From Acidobacteriota bacterium (lineage in GTDB: Bacteria > Acidobacteriota > Terriglobia > Bryobacterales > Bryobacteraceae), in contig JAPKZB010000080.1 of the NCBI GenBank assembly GCA_026393985.1, positions 71,584 to 135,583 on the forward strand: 64,000 bases of DNA, read 5' to 3'. Below the pieces are notes generated by a model. It ran no database searches. It saw only the letters and a list, made by a program, of their open reading frames with translations, and had not been told where the DNA came from. Numbering within the stretch: the stretch's first letter is position 1; every line of letters begins with the position of its first letter. Shown in pieces: positions 47,008 to 55,947 of the stretch. The position numbers and the translations under genes were made by a program.

Positions 47008-48528
47008 TTACGAAACCATTAACTGTGAGCGAATATCGCTCTGCTCGCTCATACCCAGGTCGTCATGCGGCAGGGTGAAGGAAAACTCGGAGCCGCAACC
47101 CACGTCACTGGTCACGCGCACCTCCCCGCCCTGTGCCCGCACGAGGTGCTTGACGATCGCTAGTCCTAGACCGGTGCCCCCGAGTTCCCGCGAACGCGCC
47201 TTGTCCACCCGGTAGAATCGTTCAAACAGCCGCGGCAGATCCTCCTTGGGAATGCCAATGCCGGAATCCTTGACGTACACCTCGACAAACGGCTGCGGGC
47301 TCAACTCACGGACCCCGACCTCGATCGTACCGTTCTCGGGCGTGTACTTGAGCGCGTTATCGACCAGATTGGTCAGCACCTGATTCACCGCCTCGGCATC
47401 GCAGAAAGCCTCCAGGCGACTGGCACAGGGAGCGAACTCGATGGTGATGTTCTTCCGCTGCGCGAGTGGCAGCATGGAGTCCACCGTGTTCTGCACAAGC
47501 TGATCGACAAAGTAGGAGGCGAACTGGAATTTCTGCTGCTTCAATTCGACGCGCGAAAGCGTGAGCAGGTCGGCGGTCAGGTTGGCGAGGCGCTCAGCAT
47601 TCTGCCGGATGATGCCGAGGAAGCGGACGTTGTGCGCCGGATCGTGGATGGCGCCGTCAAGCAGCGTCTCGGTGTAGCCCTGAATGGACGCCAGCGGCGT
47701 GCGCAGCTCGTGCGAGACGTTGATGACGAAGTCTTTACGCACCCGCTCGAGCTTTTCGAGTTCGGCGTGCTCCCGTTCAAGCTCCTGGAACATGCCTTCG
47801 AGCGTTTGTCCGGTTTCGTTCAGCTTGCGTTCGAGCAGGCCGAGTTCGTCCTGGCCGGGCGAGGCCAGCCGCGCCTGAAAGTTTCCCTTGGCCAGTTCGG
47901 TCGAGTATTCAATGATGAGCCCGAGACGCCGGGACACCCAGCGGGCAAACAACGCCGCCAGCAGGATGGCGGGCAGAAACGCGAGAGCCGTCGAGGCGAG
48001 CATCCGGCGGCGAATGGCGTCCACCTGACTCTGAATCTCGGACAGCGGCACGGCCAACCGCAAGGCTCCGTCCGCCACCGGAACGGCCACGTAAAGAAAC
48101 GGCACGCCGAGCGTGGGGCTATGCCGGCGGCTCGATCCGGGCCGCCCGGCCAGCGCGCTCTGCACCTCGCTGCGGTTGGCGTGGTTCTCCATCTTGTCCG
48201 CCGAAGCCTCGGAGTCGGCAATCACGCGGCCGTCCCGCGCAATCATCGTCAGGCGGCCCCGGGCCGCCCGCGCATAGCCGACATAATGAGCCGGGTTGGA
48301 CGGCACAACCAGCGCCAGCATGTTACCTTTATCCACCAATTCCCGTTCGAGCGTTTCGAGATAGGTCGACTCGGCCACCTTCGAGGCGAAAAAGTCCACG
48401 GCCACCAGCGCCAAGACGAGCAGAAAGAGAACCGCAGTAATGAGTTTAAAGAAAATCTTCCCGGTCAACGGCGAACCGCTCCTTCGCTTGATTGTAGCCG
48501 GGGAATCCAAATTTTGAGCATGAAACAC
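47008..48528 (-). CDS. PhoR-like sensor histidine kinase
   Basis: TM, periplasmic domain, TM, HAMP, H-box SHELRTPL, and N/G boxes. Confidence 0.9.
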   Translation of the reverse strand: MFHAQNLDSPATIKRRSGSPLTGKIFFKLITAVLFLLVLALVAVDFFASKVAESTYLETLERELVDKGNMLALVVPSNPAHYVGYARAARGRLTMIARDGRVIADSEASADKMENHANRSEVQSALAGRPGSSRRHSPTLGVPFLYVAVPVADGALRLAVPLSEIQSQVDAIRRRMLASTALAFLPAILLAALFARWVSRRLGLIIEYSTELAKGNFQARLASPGQDELGLLERKLNETGQTLEGMFQELEREHAELEKLERVRKDFVINVSHELRTPLASIQGYTETLLDGAIHDPAHNVRFLGIIRQNAERLANLTADLLTLSRVELKQQKFQFASYFVDQLVQNTVDSMLPLAQRKNITIEFAPCASRLEAFCDAEAVNQVLTNLVDNALKYTPENGTIEVGVRELSPQPFVEVYVKDSGIGIPKEDLPRLFERFYRVDKARSRELGGTGLGLAIVKHLVRAQGGEVRVTSDVGCGSEFSFTLPHDDLGMSEQSDIRSQLMVS

Positions 48529-48544
48529 CGGCGGTTACAAATTC

Positions 48545-48562
48545 ATGAACAGACATGAAACA
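48545..48562 (-). promoter_or_regulatory. Pho-box-like direct repeat upstream of the kinase gene
   Basis: The minus strand reads TGTTTCAT-GTC-TGTTCAT, with 11-nt periodicity. Compare the Pho box half-site CTGTCAT. Confidence 0.25.
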
Positions 48563-48573
48563 TTTCATTAATC

Positions 48574-49446
48574 CTATGGTTTCAGGTCGATCACGGTATA
48601 GGCAGGTACCAGGGGAAGGGAGAATTCGGTCGTCCCGGCCGTCACCAGCAGGTCGCGCACAGCCAGCGGCCCGGCCGAAGAGGCGATCTCCACCTTCGGA
48701 AACATGCCGAGCAGACGGACGCGCAGGCCCTCCACGTTCCGGTTGCCGTAGTTGAGCAGGATCACGCGGCGGACGGAGGCGTCACCTTCCAGGTGCGCAA
48801 TCACCACATCGGAGCCATACAGCCGCAGGAGGCGGCGCTCATCGCCGATCTTCTGGCGCACCTCGTAAGCGAACCGGGAGGGGTCGCCGCCCTGCGGCCG
48901 CACCGTGAGCGGCAGCGCCGGGTCCGGAGCAGATACCAAACGGAACAGCAGATTGCGCCGGACCAGCAGGTTGAGGTTCTCCCCGGCGGCGGGCGAGCCG
49001 TCGTCCAAGAAAGCGAAATTGGCAAGCCCAGGCAGCCGGGACGCGGGCAGCCGCCCGAGCAGGCGGACCGCTTCGGCATACTTCGGCCAGTCCGGGGGCG
49101 CCACCTTGAGGATGACCTCCCGGCCGTAGGCGTGAGCCTCGGCGGCAGCCAGCAATGGGTTCGTGGCATCGACCAGCACCGCCCCCGGCAACCCGCGGCG
49201 ATACTGCCAGCCGTTCGAGTTCACCCAGGGCGCGTTCGAAGCCGAAGCCAGGTTCATCCGGTACTGCACCCCCGGCGCGGGCAGCCGCGTGACCGCCGGC
49301 AGAGCCTGGGCGCAGACCCCGGCCGCTGTCCACGCGGCCACGGCCTCCGGCGCCACGTAGACGCAGCCGATGTCGAGGGCCTTCAGTTGAGGCGCAGCCG
49401 AGGGCGGCGCGTCCGTAAACAGACTGAGCAGAATGAGAGCGAGCAT
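48574..49446 (-). CDS. Hypothetical secreted protein
   Basis: Has a signal peptide. It starts immediately after the stop codon of the DUF362 gene (49447-49449). Confidence 0.55.
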   Translation of the reverse strand: MLALILLSLFTDAPPSAAPQLKALDIGCVYVAPEAVAAWTAAGVCAQALPAVTRLPAPGVQYRMNLASASNAPWVNSNGWQYRRGLPGAVLVDATNPLLAAAEAHAYGREVILKVAPPDWPKYAEAVRLLGRLPASRLPGLANFAFLDDGSPAAGENLNLLVRRNLLFRLVSAPDPALPLTVRPQGGDPSRFAYEVRQKIGDERRLLRLYGSDVVIAHLEGDASVRRVILLNYGNRNVEGLRVRLLGMFPKVEIASSAGPLAVRDLLVTAGTTEFSLPLVPAYTVIDLKP

Positions 49447-50577
49447 TTAGAGGGTCAACTGCCGGAAGTCGATTTTGTTCTTGTCGTATTCGCCGAGACC
49501 GAGGCTGGCAGCGTATTCGATGTGGCCGGGTTCCCGCACAAACCGGTTCCAGTTGGGTCCGGTACGGCGCTGTCCGGCCGGGATTAGATGTTCGGGCGAA
49601 CGGTTCCAGACGCTGACGGCTCCCTTGCGCTGCCGCTGCTCTTCAATCACGTCGAGCAGCATCCGGTCCATGGCCACCGGGTCGGTGCCGAACATGATCT
49701 TGGCCGGGTAGAAGCGAAAGTCCCGGTTCGGCGAGAACGGGCCGCCGTGCCAGACGCCTTTCAATCCGTCCATTAGATGCAGCACCGTGCGGGAGCGGAC
49801 CGGCTCCACCGTCGCCAGCGTGCCGATGAAGGAGTAGGTGTGCGTCTTGGCAAAGCGGTGCGACCGGGCGACGTTATGAAAGTTGCCGTAGGCGATGTTC
49901 TTGAGACAACCGGTGACCCCCGAAGCACCATGGTCCTTCATGTTCGGGATGTTGATGATCTTGGTGAACGTTTCGGCCACCTGGCGGATGACGTTCGAGC
50001 GGGTGTCCTCCTCGCCGAAGAAATCCACCTCGACGTAGGTTTTCGGGTCGTAGCCGTTCAGGGTGTCGCGCAGCGCCGAAGCCGCGAGGATATGCACCCC
50101 CTCCGGTACGTATTTGTCGTAGCCCACGGCGTCCATCTGGTCCCGGAACCGCTCATAAATCCAGATATTGGCGGGTTTGACGCCCGTGGCAATCAACTGC
50201 CGGACGGTTTCGGCGACAATCACCGGATGGGAGCAGATGCCCGGGGCGCCTGAGCAGTTCACCTTGAGCCCGACCACGTCGCCGGGCGAGATAAAGCGCC
50301 GCCAGGCTGAGCGCAAATCCTGCTCTCTCGTCAGTGCCAGCAGGCCGCGGCGCATCATCTCCTGCACGGTGGGCACATCGACGGTTTCCGTCGCCACATC
50401 GATCGACGCCGGAGCGTGCACCGCGGCCACCCGGCCGCGAAAAGCCCCGGGCATGCCGGGATGGGCCCACGGCGCGTAGGTGGACTGAACGCGATACTGG
50501 GGCAGATCGACCGGGGCGGGCGCGGCGGCGGCGCCGGCGGCCAGCGGCGGAAGAGTCAGAAAGCTGCGGCGTCGCAT
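49447..50577 (-). CDS. DUF362 domain protein with Tat signal
   Basis: Begins MRRRSFLTLPPLAAGAAAA and contains the DVVGLKVNCSG motif. The longer track ORF extends upstream past Met 50577 into the divergent RidA gene. Confidence 0.8.
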   Translation of the reverse strand: MRRRSFLTLPPLAAGAAAAPAPVDLPQYRVQSTYAPWAHPGMPGAFRGRVAAVHAPASIDVATETVDVPTVQEMMRRGLLALTREQDLRSAWRRFISPGDVVGLKVNCSGAPGICSHPVIVAETVRQLIATGVKPANIWIYERFRDQMDAVGYDKYVPEGVHILAASALRDTLNGYDPKTYVEVDFFGEEDTRSNVIRQVAETFTKIINIPNMKDHGASGVTGCLKNIAYGNFHNVARSHRFAKTHTYSFIGTLATVEPVRSRTVLHLMDGLKGVWHGGPFSPNRDFRFYPAKIMFGTDPVAMDRMLLDVIEEQRQRKGAVSVWNRSPEHLIPAGQRRTGPNWNRFVREPGHIEYAASLGLGEYDKNKIDFRQLTL

Positions 50578-50592
50578 ACAATGCAACGTAGC

Positions 50593-51048
50593 ATGAAAAA
50601 ACCATCCAACTCTCGACGTACTCTGTTGACCGCCGCGGCCGGTCTGGCCGGAGCCGCCGCCGCCCAGGCCCAGACGCCGGCCAAGCCGGTGAAGAAGGTT
50701 CACTACAAAGGCGCCAAACCCGAAAAGACCCCGCTGTTCAATGGCGCCGTCTCCTACGGCAACCTGCTGTTCATCGCCGGCAAGGGCGCCCACTTCCCGG
50801 GCGACATCAAGGCTCACACCAAGCACGTGCTCGACGAAGTGGAAAAGGAGCTCGTCAACGCCGGGTCGTCCATGGAGAAGGTGCTCAAGTGTAACGTCTA
50901 CCTGCACGACCTGAACGATTACGCGGGCATGAACGAGGTCTTCCGCGGCCGCTTTGGCGAAGAGCCGCCGGTGCGCACGACCATTGCGGCCTACGGTGGC
51001 ATTCCGGGCAACTCACTGGTCGAAATCGACGTGATTGCGTTTATCTAG
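50593..51048 (+). CDS. RidA/YjgF family protein with Tat-type signal peptide
   Basis: Begins MKKPSNSRRTLLTAAAGLAGAAAAQA, followed by a RidA core (LFIAGK, VEIDVIA). An alternative start is 50581. Confidence 0.85.
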   Translation: MKKPSNSRRTLLTAAAGLAGAAAAQAQTPAKPVKKVHYKGAKPEKTPLFNGAVSYGNLLFIAGKGAHFPGDIKAHTKHVLDEVEKELVNAGSSMEKVLKCNVYLHDLNDYAGMNEVFRGRFGEEPPVRTTIAAYGGIPGNSLVEIDVIAFI

Positions 51049-51603
51049 CTAGAAGCCGTACAGGCCTTCGGCGCGAATGCAATCGGCGACGGCGGGGGGA
51101 AGTTCAGCCGGCATCTCCCCGCGGGCCAGTTCGGCGCGGATCCGCGTCGAAGAGACGTCGAGCTCCAGGGTTTCGAGGGGCAGCACCCGGGCGCCCTCCG
51201 GAATCGCGTAGGTGCTGCCCGGGCGCGAAACAACGATGAAGGTTACCAGCGCCAGCACCTCGCGCCAGCGGAACCAGGTGGTGATCTCGGCAAAGGCATC
51301 GGCGCCGATCAGGAAGAACCATTCCCCGCCCGTGGGCAGCAGACGTTCCAGCGTGAGAATGGAGTAGCTCTTCTCGTTCGCCTGTTCGATGTCGGAGACG
51401 GCAAACTGCGGATAGCCCGCGCAGGCCGCCTGCACCATGCGCAGCCGCTGCGCGTAGGGCGTACGGCCCGGCTTGTGGGGCGGGACGGCATTGGGAATGA
51501 ACAGAATCTGGTCGAGATGAAACTGCCGCGCCGCTTCGGCGGCTACCACCAGATGGGCCGAATGAATCGGGTCGAACGTTCCACCGAAGATGGCAATGCG
51601 CAT
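51049..51603 (-). CDS. nadD: Nicotinate-nucleotide adenylyltransferase
   Basis: GGTFDPIHSAHL motif and C-terminal SSTRIR. Confidence 0.93.
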   Translation of the reverse strand: MRIAIFGGTFDPIHSAHLVVAAEAARQFHLDQILFIPNAVPPHKPGRTPYAQRLRMVQAACAGYPQFAVSDIEQANEKSYSILTLERLLPTGGEWFFLIGADAFAEITTWFRWREVLALVTFIVVSRPGSTYAIPEGARVLPLETLELDVSSTRIRAELARGEMPAELPPAVADCIRAEGLYGF

Positions 51604-51606
51604 GGG

Positions 51607-52113
51607 CTAAAAGCTGAATCCCACCAGCGCGTCCACTTGATTGGTCCCGGTCAGCAGACCGGAACTGGGGCGCTGTTCATTGAACCGCGTGTAGCGCAAC
51701 TCCGGCGTGATACGCAGGCGCGGCAGCTTGAACTCGACACCGCCGCTGGCGGCAACCCCCTTGCGGTTGTTTAGTCCCGGCAGATCGCTGAGACGCTGAA
51801 AGGTGTATCCACCGCCAAGCACTGGCCGCACCAGCACACCCGGAAAACGGTATTTGACCAGCAGCGGCAACTCCCAGGTGCGGCTGCCCGCGCCCTGGCG
51901 GTAGAGCGCGTTTAACTCAATCCCAAGCCCGGCCGGCAAACGGACCTCGAACAGAGGGCCAATCACAAAGTCGCCGTCCCGTTTCGTCGTGATGCCCTGG
52001 CGGGTAAAACGATACGCGTCCTTGAGGGGCACACCGCCCTTGAAGCCGATGCCGATGTTCTGAGCGGAAAGAAGAGTTGCCGCGGCCAGAAGCAGGGGCA
52101 AGAGACGAAGCAT
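51607..52113 (-). CDS. Small outer-membrane beta-barrel protein
   Basis: Signal peptide, alternating beta-strand pattern and a C-terminal Phe. The start is set at Met 52113. Confidence 0.65.
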   Translation of the reverse strand: MLRLLPLLLAAATLLSAQNIGIGFKGGVPLKDAYRFTRQGITTKRDGDFVIGPLFEVRLPAGLGIELNALYRQGAGSRTWELPLLVKYRFPGVLVRPVLGGGYTFQRLSDLPGLNNRKGVAASGGVEFKLPRLRITPELRYTRFNEQRPSSGLLTGTNQVDALVGFSF

Positions 52114-52125
52114 TTTTCTATTGTA

Positions 52126-52998
52126 GTGTGCATTACGGGGCAATCCGGGGAGAGTCCGCTCTCGAGAAAAACACTTCCTGGCGTGATTCTGCATCTTTCT
52201 TGGAGTGCGCAGCGCGCCCTCGATCCGGTCGTTGAGCAGCAACGCCAATTCGCCCAGACGCTTGGCTATGCGCAACGCCAAACGCGGTTCTACCGCGACT
52301 GGCCCCAAGCCACGGCGCTGACCGACCTGCCGCGAGTGCAACTGCTCGACTTTCTCCGCCATCCGGAACGATTCGAAGTGGCCTCCGCCCGGCCGGATCG
52401 ACCCCAGGAACTCGCCTATCCCCTCGGCCGCCCGCCGCGCACCGCCGTGCTCAGCCAGGAGATTCGCGGCAGTTGGCGCGTGCGCAACTTCACCAGTTAC
52501 CGCAGCGAAACGCTTCGGCAGTTCGCGCCGCAGGCCCTCGCCGCGCCCGGCGACACCATCCGGGCCCTGGCGCAAAGCATCGAGGAGGGAGAGATCATTT
52601 GGCAGCCCTTGAGCCATGCGCTCATTGTTTTCACCGACCTGATTCGCGGTTCGCTCAGTAAGGAGGACCGCGATTACTTCTGGAGAGTCTTTCAAGTCCC
52701 CATCTTCGAGCAGTTCCGCGGTTTTGCCGGAGAGCTGCTCGCTCGGGAGTGCGAGGCGCATAACGGCATGCACATCCATGTGACAAACGCCATCTTCAGC
52801 GTTGGACCGGACGGACAATTGGAGACCAGTTTTTTGGGCAATCCGCGGGCGCCGCTCTTTCGCCTGGCAACTAACTTGAGCGCCCGCCTCGCGCCGGGAC
52901 GCTGCGCCTGCGGCCAAACCACGCCCCGCCTGCTCGACATCCGACGCCGCACGGCCGTCTCCCCTTCGCCCCGGAGACTGATGGTGGTAAACTCATAG
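52126..52998 (+). CDS. Hypothetical protein resembling the core/C-terminal part of PaaK/F390-synthetase adenylate-forming enzymes, without a P-loop
   Basis: ARECEAHNGMHIH and PLFRLATNLSARLAPGRCACGQTTPRLLDIRRR resemble PaaK motifs. No SSGTTG-type motif is seen, and the start is uncertain. Confidence 0.45.
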   Translation: MCITGQSGESPLSRKTLPGVILHLSWSAQRALDPVVEQQRQFAQTLGYAQRQTRFYRDWPQATALTDLPRVQLLDFLRHPERFEVASARPDRPQELAYPLGRPPRTAVLSQEIRGSWRVRNFTSYRSETLRQFAPQALAAPGDTIRALAQSIEEGEIIWQPLSHALIVFTDLIRGSLSKEDRDYFWRVFQVPIFEQFRGFAGELLARECEAHNGMHIHVTNAIFSVGPDGQLETSFLGNPRAPLFRLATNLSARLAPGRCACGQTTPRLLDIRRRTAVSPSPRRLMVVNS

Positions 52999-53013
52999 GG
53001 TATTGTGCCACGG

Positions 53014-53100
53014 GCGCATGTGGCGGAATTGGCAGACGCCCCGGATTTAGGTTCCGGTACTCGAAAGGGTGTGGAGGTTCAAGTCCTCTCATGCGCACCA
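53014..53100 (+). tRNA. tRNA-Leu (anticodon TAG)
   Basis: Acceptor stem GCGCATG/CATGCGC plus A-CCA. Anticodon stem CCGGA/TCCGG with loop TTTAGGT. Long variable arm and T-loop GGAGG-TTCAAGT-CCTCT. Confidence 0.93.
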
Positions 53101-53133
53101 TCTGAAACTCTAGAATGGAATCCGGTACTCTTA

Positions 53134-53703
53134 ATGAACATGAAATCTTGGTTTTCTTCGCTCGCGGTACTAGCTCTTGCCGCACTCCCCTTGGCCGCTG
53201 AAACCGGCTATGTGCGTGTGCGCTCCTCGCCCGTTGGCGCTGGCCTGTTTGTCGACGGCAAGTATGTCGGTCCGGCTGGCCGGTTCTCGGTTCCGGAGAA
53301 ATGGCCGGTCGAGGCGGGCTCCCATGAAATCGCCCTGAAGGACCCCCGCTATGAGGACTTCAGCGCCAAAATCGACGTCAAAACTGGCAAAACCACCAAG
53401 CTGCGCGCCAAGCTGAAGAAGCGCGAAGTGCCGCAGGGACCCTTCGGTCGTCTCCGCCTGCGCGGCGGCGAAGCGGAGTCGTTCTGGTCGGTCGCCCAGG
53501 GCGATACCGGCCCCTTCTATCTCAATGGCCGCTTCATGGGCTTCGTGGACGAGTTGAATAACAATGGCGGCGGGATCCTCATCCCGGCCGGCACCTACGA
53601 ATTGACCGTCGAAAGCCAGATTTATGGCAATGTCAAGAAAAGTATCACCATCGAAGCGAATAAAGTGAATCGCGTCGATTACGGTTCGAAGAAAGAGCAA
53701 TAA
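53134..53703 (+). CDS. PEGA domain secreted protein
   Basis: Signal peptide followed by GYVRVRSSPVGAGLFVDGKYVG. The track ORF start at 53005 reads through the tRNA. Confidence 0.7.
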   Translation: MNMKSWFSSLAVLALAALPLAAETGYVRVRSSPVGAGLFVDGKYVGPAGRFSVPEKWPVEAGSHEIALKDPRYEDFSAKIDVKTGKTTKLRAKLKKREVPQGPFGRLRLRGGEAESFWSVAQGDTGPFYLNGRFMGFVDELNNNGGGILIPAGTYELTVESQIYGNVKKSITIEANKVNRVDYGSKKEQ

Positions 53704-53728
53704 CCTCCGGCCTCCCGCGCCACTAACA

Positions 53729-53771
53729 AGAGCCCGGTTCTCCCCCGCGGAGAACCGGGCTCTCTGTTTTC
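53729..53771 (+). terminator. Intrinsic terminator
   Basis: GAGCCCGGTTCTCC-CCCGC-GGAGAACCGGGCTC followed by TCTGTTTT. Confidence 0.8.
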
Positions 53772-53783
53772 CGGATGCTCGAC

Positions 53784-53825
53784 CCGCACGCCAGCGAACC
53801 GCACGCCAGCGAACCGCACGCCAGC
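53784..53825. repeat. Tandem 15-nt repeat, 2.8 copies
   Basis: CCGCACGCCAGCGAA x2, then CCGCACGCCAGC. The repeat ends at the stop codon of the DUF507 gene. Confidence 0.85.
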
Positions 53826-54415
53826 TATGGGCGGGACAGGTCGATGCCGATCTTCTTCAACTCCTCGGCATAGTAGCGGCGCTGCAGCAGTTCAAACTCC
53901 TCGCTGCCTTCAAGAATCTCCCGCTTCTGCTTCCGCACCTTCTCCCGCGCCGCCTTGTCGATCTTGTCCTCGGCAACTAGCAGTTCGGTGAAGCCTTTGA
54001 CAATCTCCAGCCGGATATCGTTCTCGGGCTTCTTCAGCCGGAACTCGCGCGACTTCCGGAACGTCGCAATCAGCTTATGCGAGATATCGGTAATCTTGTC
54101 GCGGGAAAGCTTCATCGCATCCCCGGTGTCCCGGCCCGAAGCCCGGATTACCTTCCGTTCGGCGATCAGCTGATTCTTGATCTTCCGGAACATATCGGAG
54201 TAGCTGATCTGATTCTCGCGCATGTAGTTGGCATATTGCTCGAGAATGCCGCGCACTTCGTCGTTCAGTTTGTCCTCGGCCGACAACTCCTCCACGATCA
54301 GTTCACTCCCAAGCAAGGCCCCTTTTGCCGGGTCGGCGACCTCCACATAAAGCGGGTTCAGCCGCTTAATCAATTGGCGGGAGAGATACTCGATCAGTTC
54401 CTTCGGCAGCAGCAT
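53825..54415 (-). CDS. DUF507 family protein
   Basis: The N-terminus and charged helical layout resemble DUF507. Recognised from memory only. Confidence 0.7.
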   Translation of the reverse strand: MLLPKELIEYLSRQLIKRLNPLYVEVADPAKGALLGSELIVEELSAEDKLNDEVRGILEQYANYMRENQISYSDMFRKIKNQLIAERKVIRASGRDTGDAMKLSRDKITDISHKLIATFRKSREFRLKKPENDIRLEIVKGFTELLVAEDKIDKAAREKVRKQKREILEGSEEFELLQRRYYAEELKKIGIDLSRP

Positions 54416-54444
54416 TGGGTGTCAGGCACGAGTGTACCAAACGC

Positions 54445-54963
54445 TCAGCGGATACCGGGGAAATACCGCCAGCGGGTCCGCGCCCGATAGGCCGCGTAGG
54501 CCGCCCCCGCCAGCGCCGACTCCTCATGGGCCGCCCGCAACTCTGACCCAACCAGATAAACCGCCAACGCCGGCACGGTCCGCCACGCGGCGTGCGCCAA
54601 CGCCGCGGTTGCCCCCAGCAGCAGGAAAAACGCCAGGTACATCGGATGCCTCACCACGGCAAACGGCCCGGTCGTCACCAGCCCGCCGCGCCTCCCTGCC
54701 GCCACCGTCGCCAGATACAACACCGCCCCGGCCGGCGCCAGCACGGCCGCGATCGCCTGCTCCCCCGGCCCCGGCTGTAGCGCTCCCGCTGGAAGAAACA
54801 GCGTAATCAGCAGCACCCCGGCTAACTGCAGCAGCATCCCCACCGGATGATGGGGCGCCGGCGTCCGCTCCCGGCCAGGCAGGCAAGTCCACAACGCACC
54901 GGCCGCCACCCCCATCCACGAGAGCAGATAAACGAGAAACGAAAACAGTCGCAGCGATGGCAC
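54445..54963 (-). CDS. Isoprenylcysteine carboxyl methyltransferase (ICMT/PEMT-like) family membrane protein
   Basis: GPFAVVRHPMYLAFF motif and multiple TM helices. The start is set at GTG 54963, after GGAAGGA. Confidence 0.7.
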   Translation of the reverse strand: MPSLRLFSFLVYLLSWMGVAAGALWTCLPGRERTPAPHHPVGMLLQLAGVLLITLFLPAGALQPGPGEQAIAAVLAPAGAVLYLATVAAGRRGGLVTTGPFAVVRHPMYLAFFLLLGATAALAHAAWRTVPALAVYLVGSELRAAHEESALAGAAYAAYRARTRWRYFPGIR

Positions 54964-55011
54964 CAGTCCTTCCAGTGTAGACAGGCCATAAAGTGGTAGT
55001 GTAACGATGAT

Positions 55012-55935
55012 ATGAAGACTTCGACCATCCAGAAAGCTGACTGGCAAGGGGTGTTCTCCGTTCCCCCGCTCGCGCGGCATCGCGATGCCGCCCGTTCCAT
55101 CAACTGGGAGGCCAGCGCCAGGATCGCGGCCCACATCCACAAAGGCGGCGTCACCCGCCTCCTCTACGGCGGCAACGCGTTCCTCTACCACATCACCCTC
55201 GCCGAGTTCGAAGCCCTGCTCGATTGGCTCTCCTCGTTTGACGATGCCCTCTGGGCCATCCCCTCAGCCGGACCCAGCTTCGGCCGCCTCATCGACCAGG
55301 CCCCGCTCCTACGCCGCTATAAGTTCCCCACCGTCATGCACCTGCCCTGCGGCGACCCCCGCGACGCCAAGGGCCTTGAAGCCGGCCTCACCGACTTCGC
55401 CAACGCCTCCGGCCTCCCGCTCATCCTCTACCTCAAGGAGGAAAACAACTTCGGCGCCGATAAACTCGCCGGCCTCGACGCCGTCGCCCGCATGGTCGAC
55501 CGCGGTCTGTGCGTCGGCATCAAGTACGCCGTCGTCCGGCAGGAGCCCGCCGACGACCCCTATCTCACCGCCCTGCTCGCGCGCGTCGACAAGTCGCTCG
55601 TCATCAGCGGCATCGGCGAACGGCCCGCCATCGTGCACATGCAACAGTTCGGCCTGCCCGGCTACACCACCGGCAGCGGCTGCATCGGCTCCGCCTGGAC
55701 CCAGCAGATGTTTGAACTCTGCCAGAAGGGCGAATGGGAGACCGCCGCCGCCATCCGCGAACGCTTCATCCCGCTCGAAGACATCCGCGACTCGCTCGGC
55801 CCCGCCCGCGTCCTGCACGCCGCCACCACCGCCGCCGGCATCGCCGACGCCGGCGCCATCCCCCCCTTCATCACCGAACTCACCGACGAACAGTCCGCCG
55901 CCCTGCCCGGCGCCGTCGAAAGCCTGCAATTCTAA
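55012..55935 (+). CDS. Dihydrodipicolinate synthase/N-acetylneuraminate lyase family (class I aldolase) protein
   Basis: TIM-barrel family layout with the GIKYA Lys motif. The substrate is unknown. Confidence 0.68.
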   Translation: MKTSTIQKADWQGVFSVPPLARHRDAARSINWEASARIAAHIHKGGVTRLLYGGNAFLYHITLAEFEALLDWLSSFDDALWAIPSAGPSFGRLIDQAPLLRRYKFPTVMHLPCGDPRDAKGLEAGLTDFANASGLPLILYLKEENNFGADKLAGLDAVARMVDRGLCVGIKYAVVRQEPADDPYLTALLARVDKSLVISGIGERPAIVHMQQFGLPGYTTGSGCIGSAWTQQMFELCQKGEWETAAAIRERFIPLEDIRDSLGPARVLHAATTAAGIADAGAIPPFITELTDEQSAALPGAVESLQF

Positions 55936-55947
55936 GGAGACCTCCCC

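Noticed and set aside
53005-53133. Start of track ORF 53005..53703 overlapping the tRNA.
   Set aside because: The first 43 codons are simply the tRNA-Leu read as protein. The real PEGA protein starts at the signal-peptide Met at 53134.
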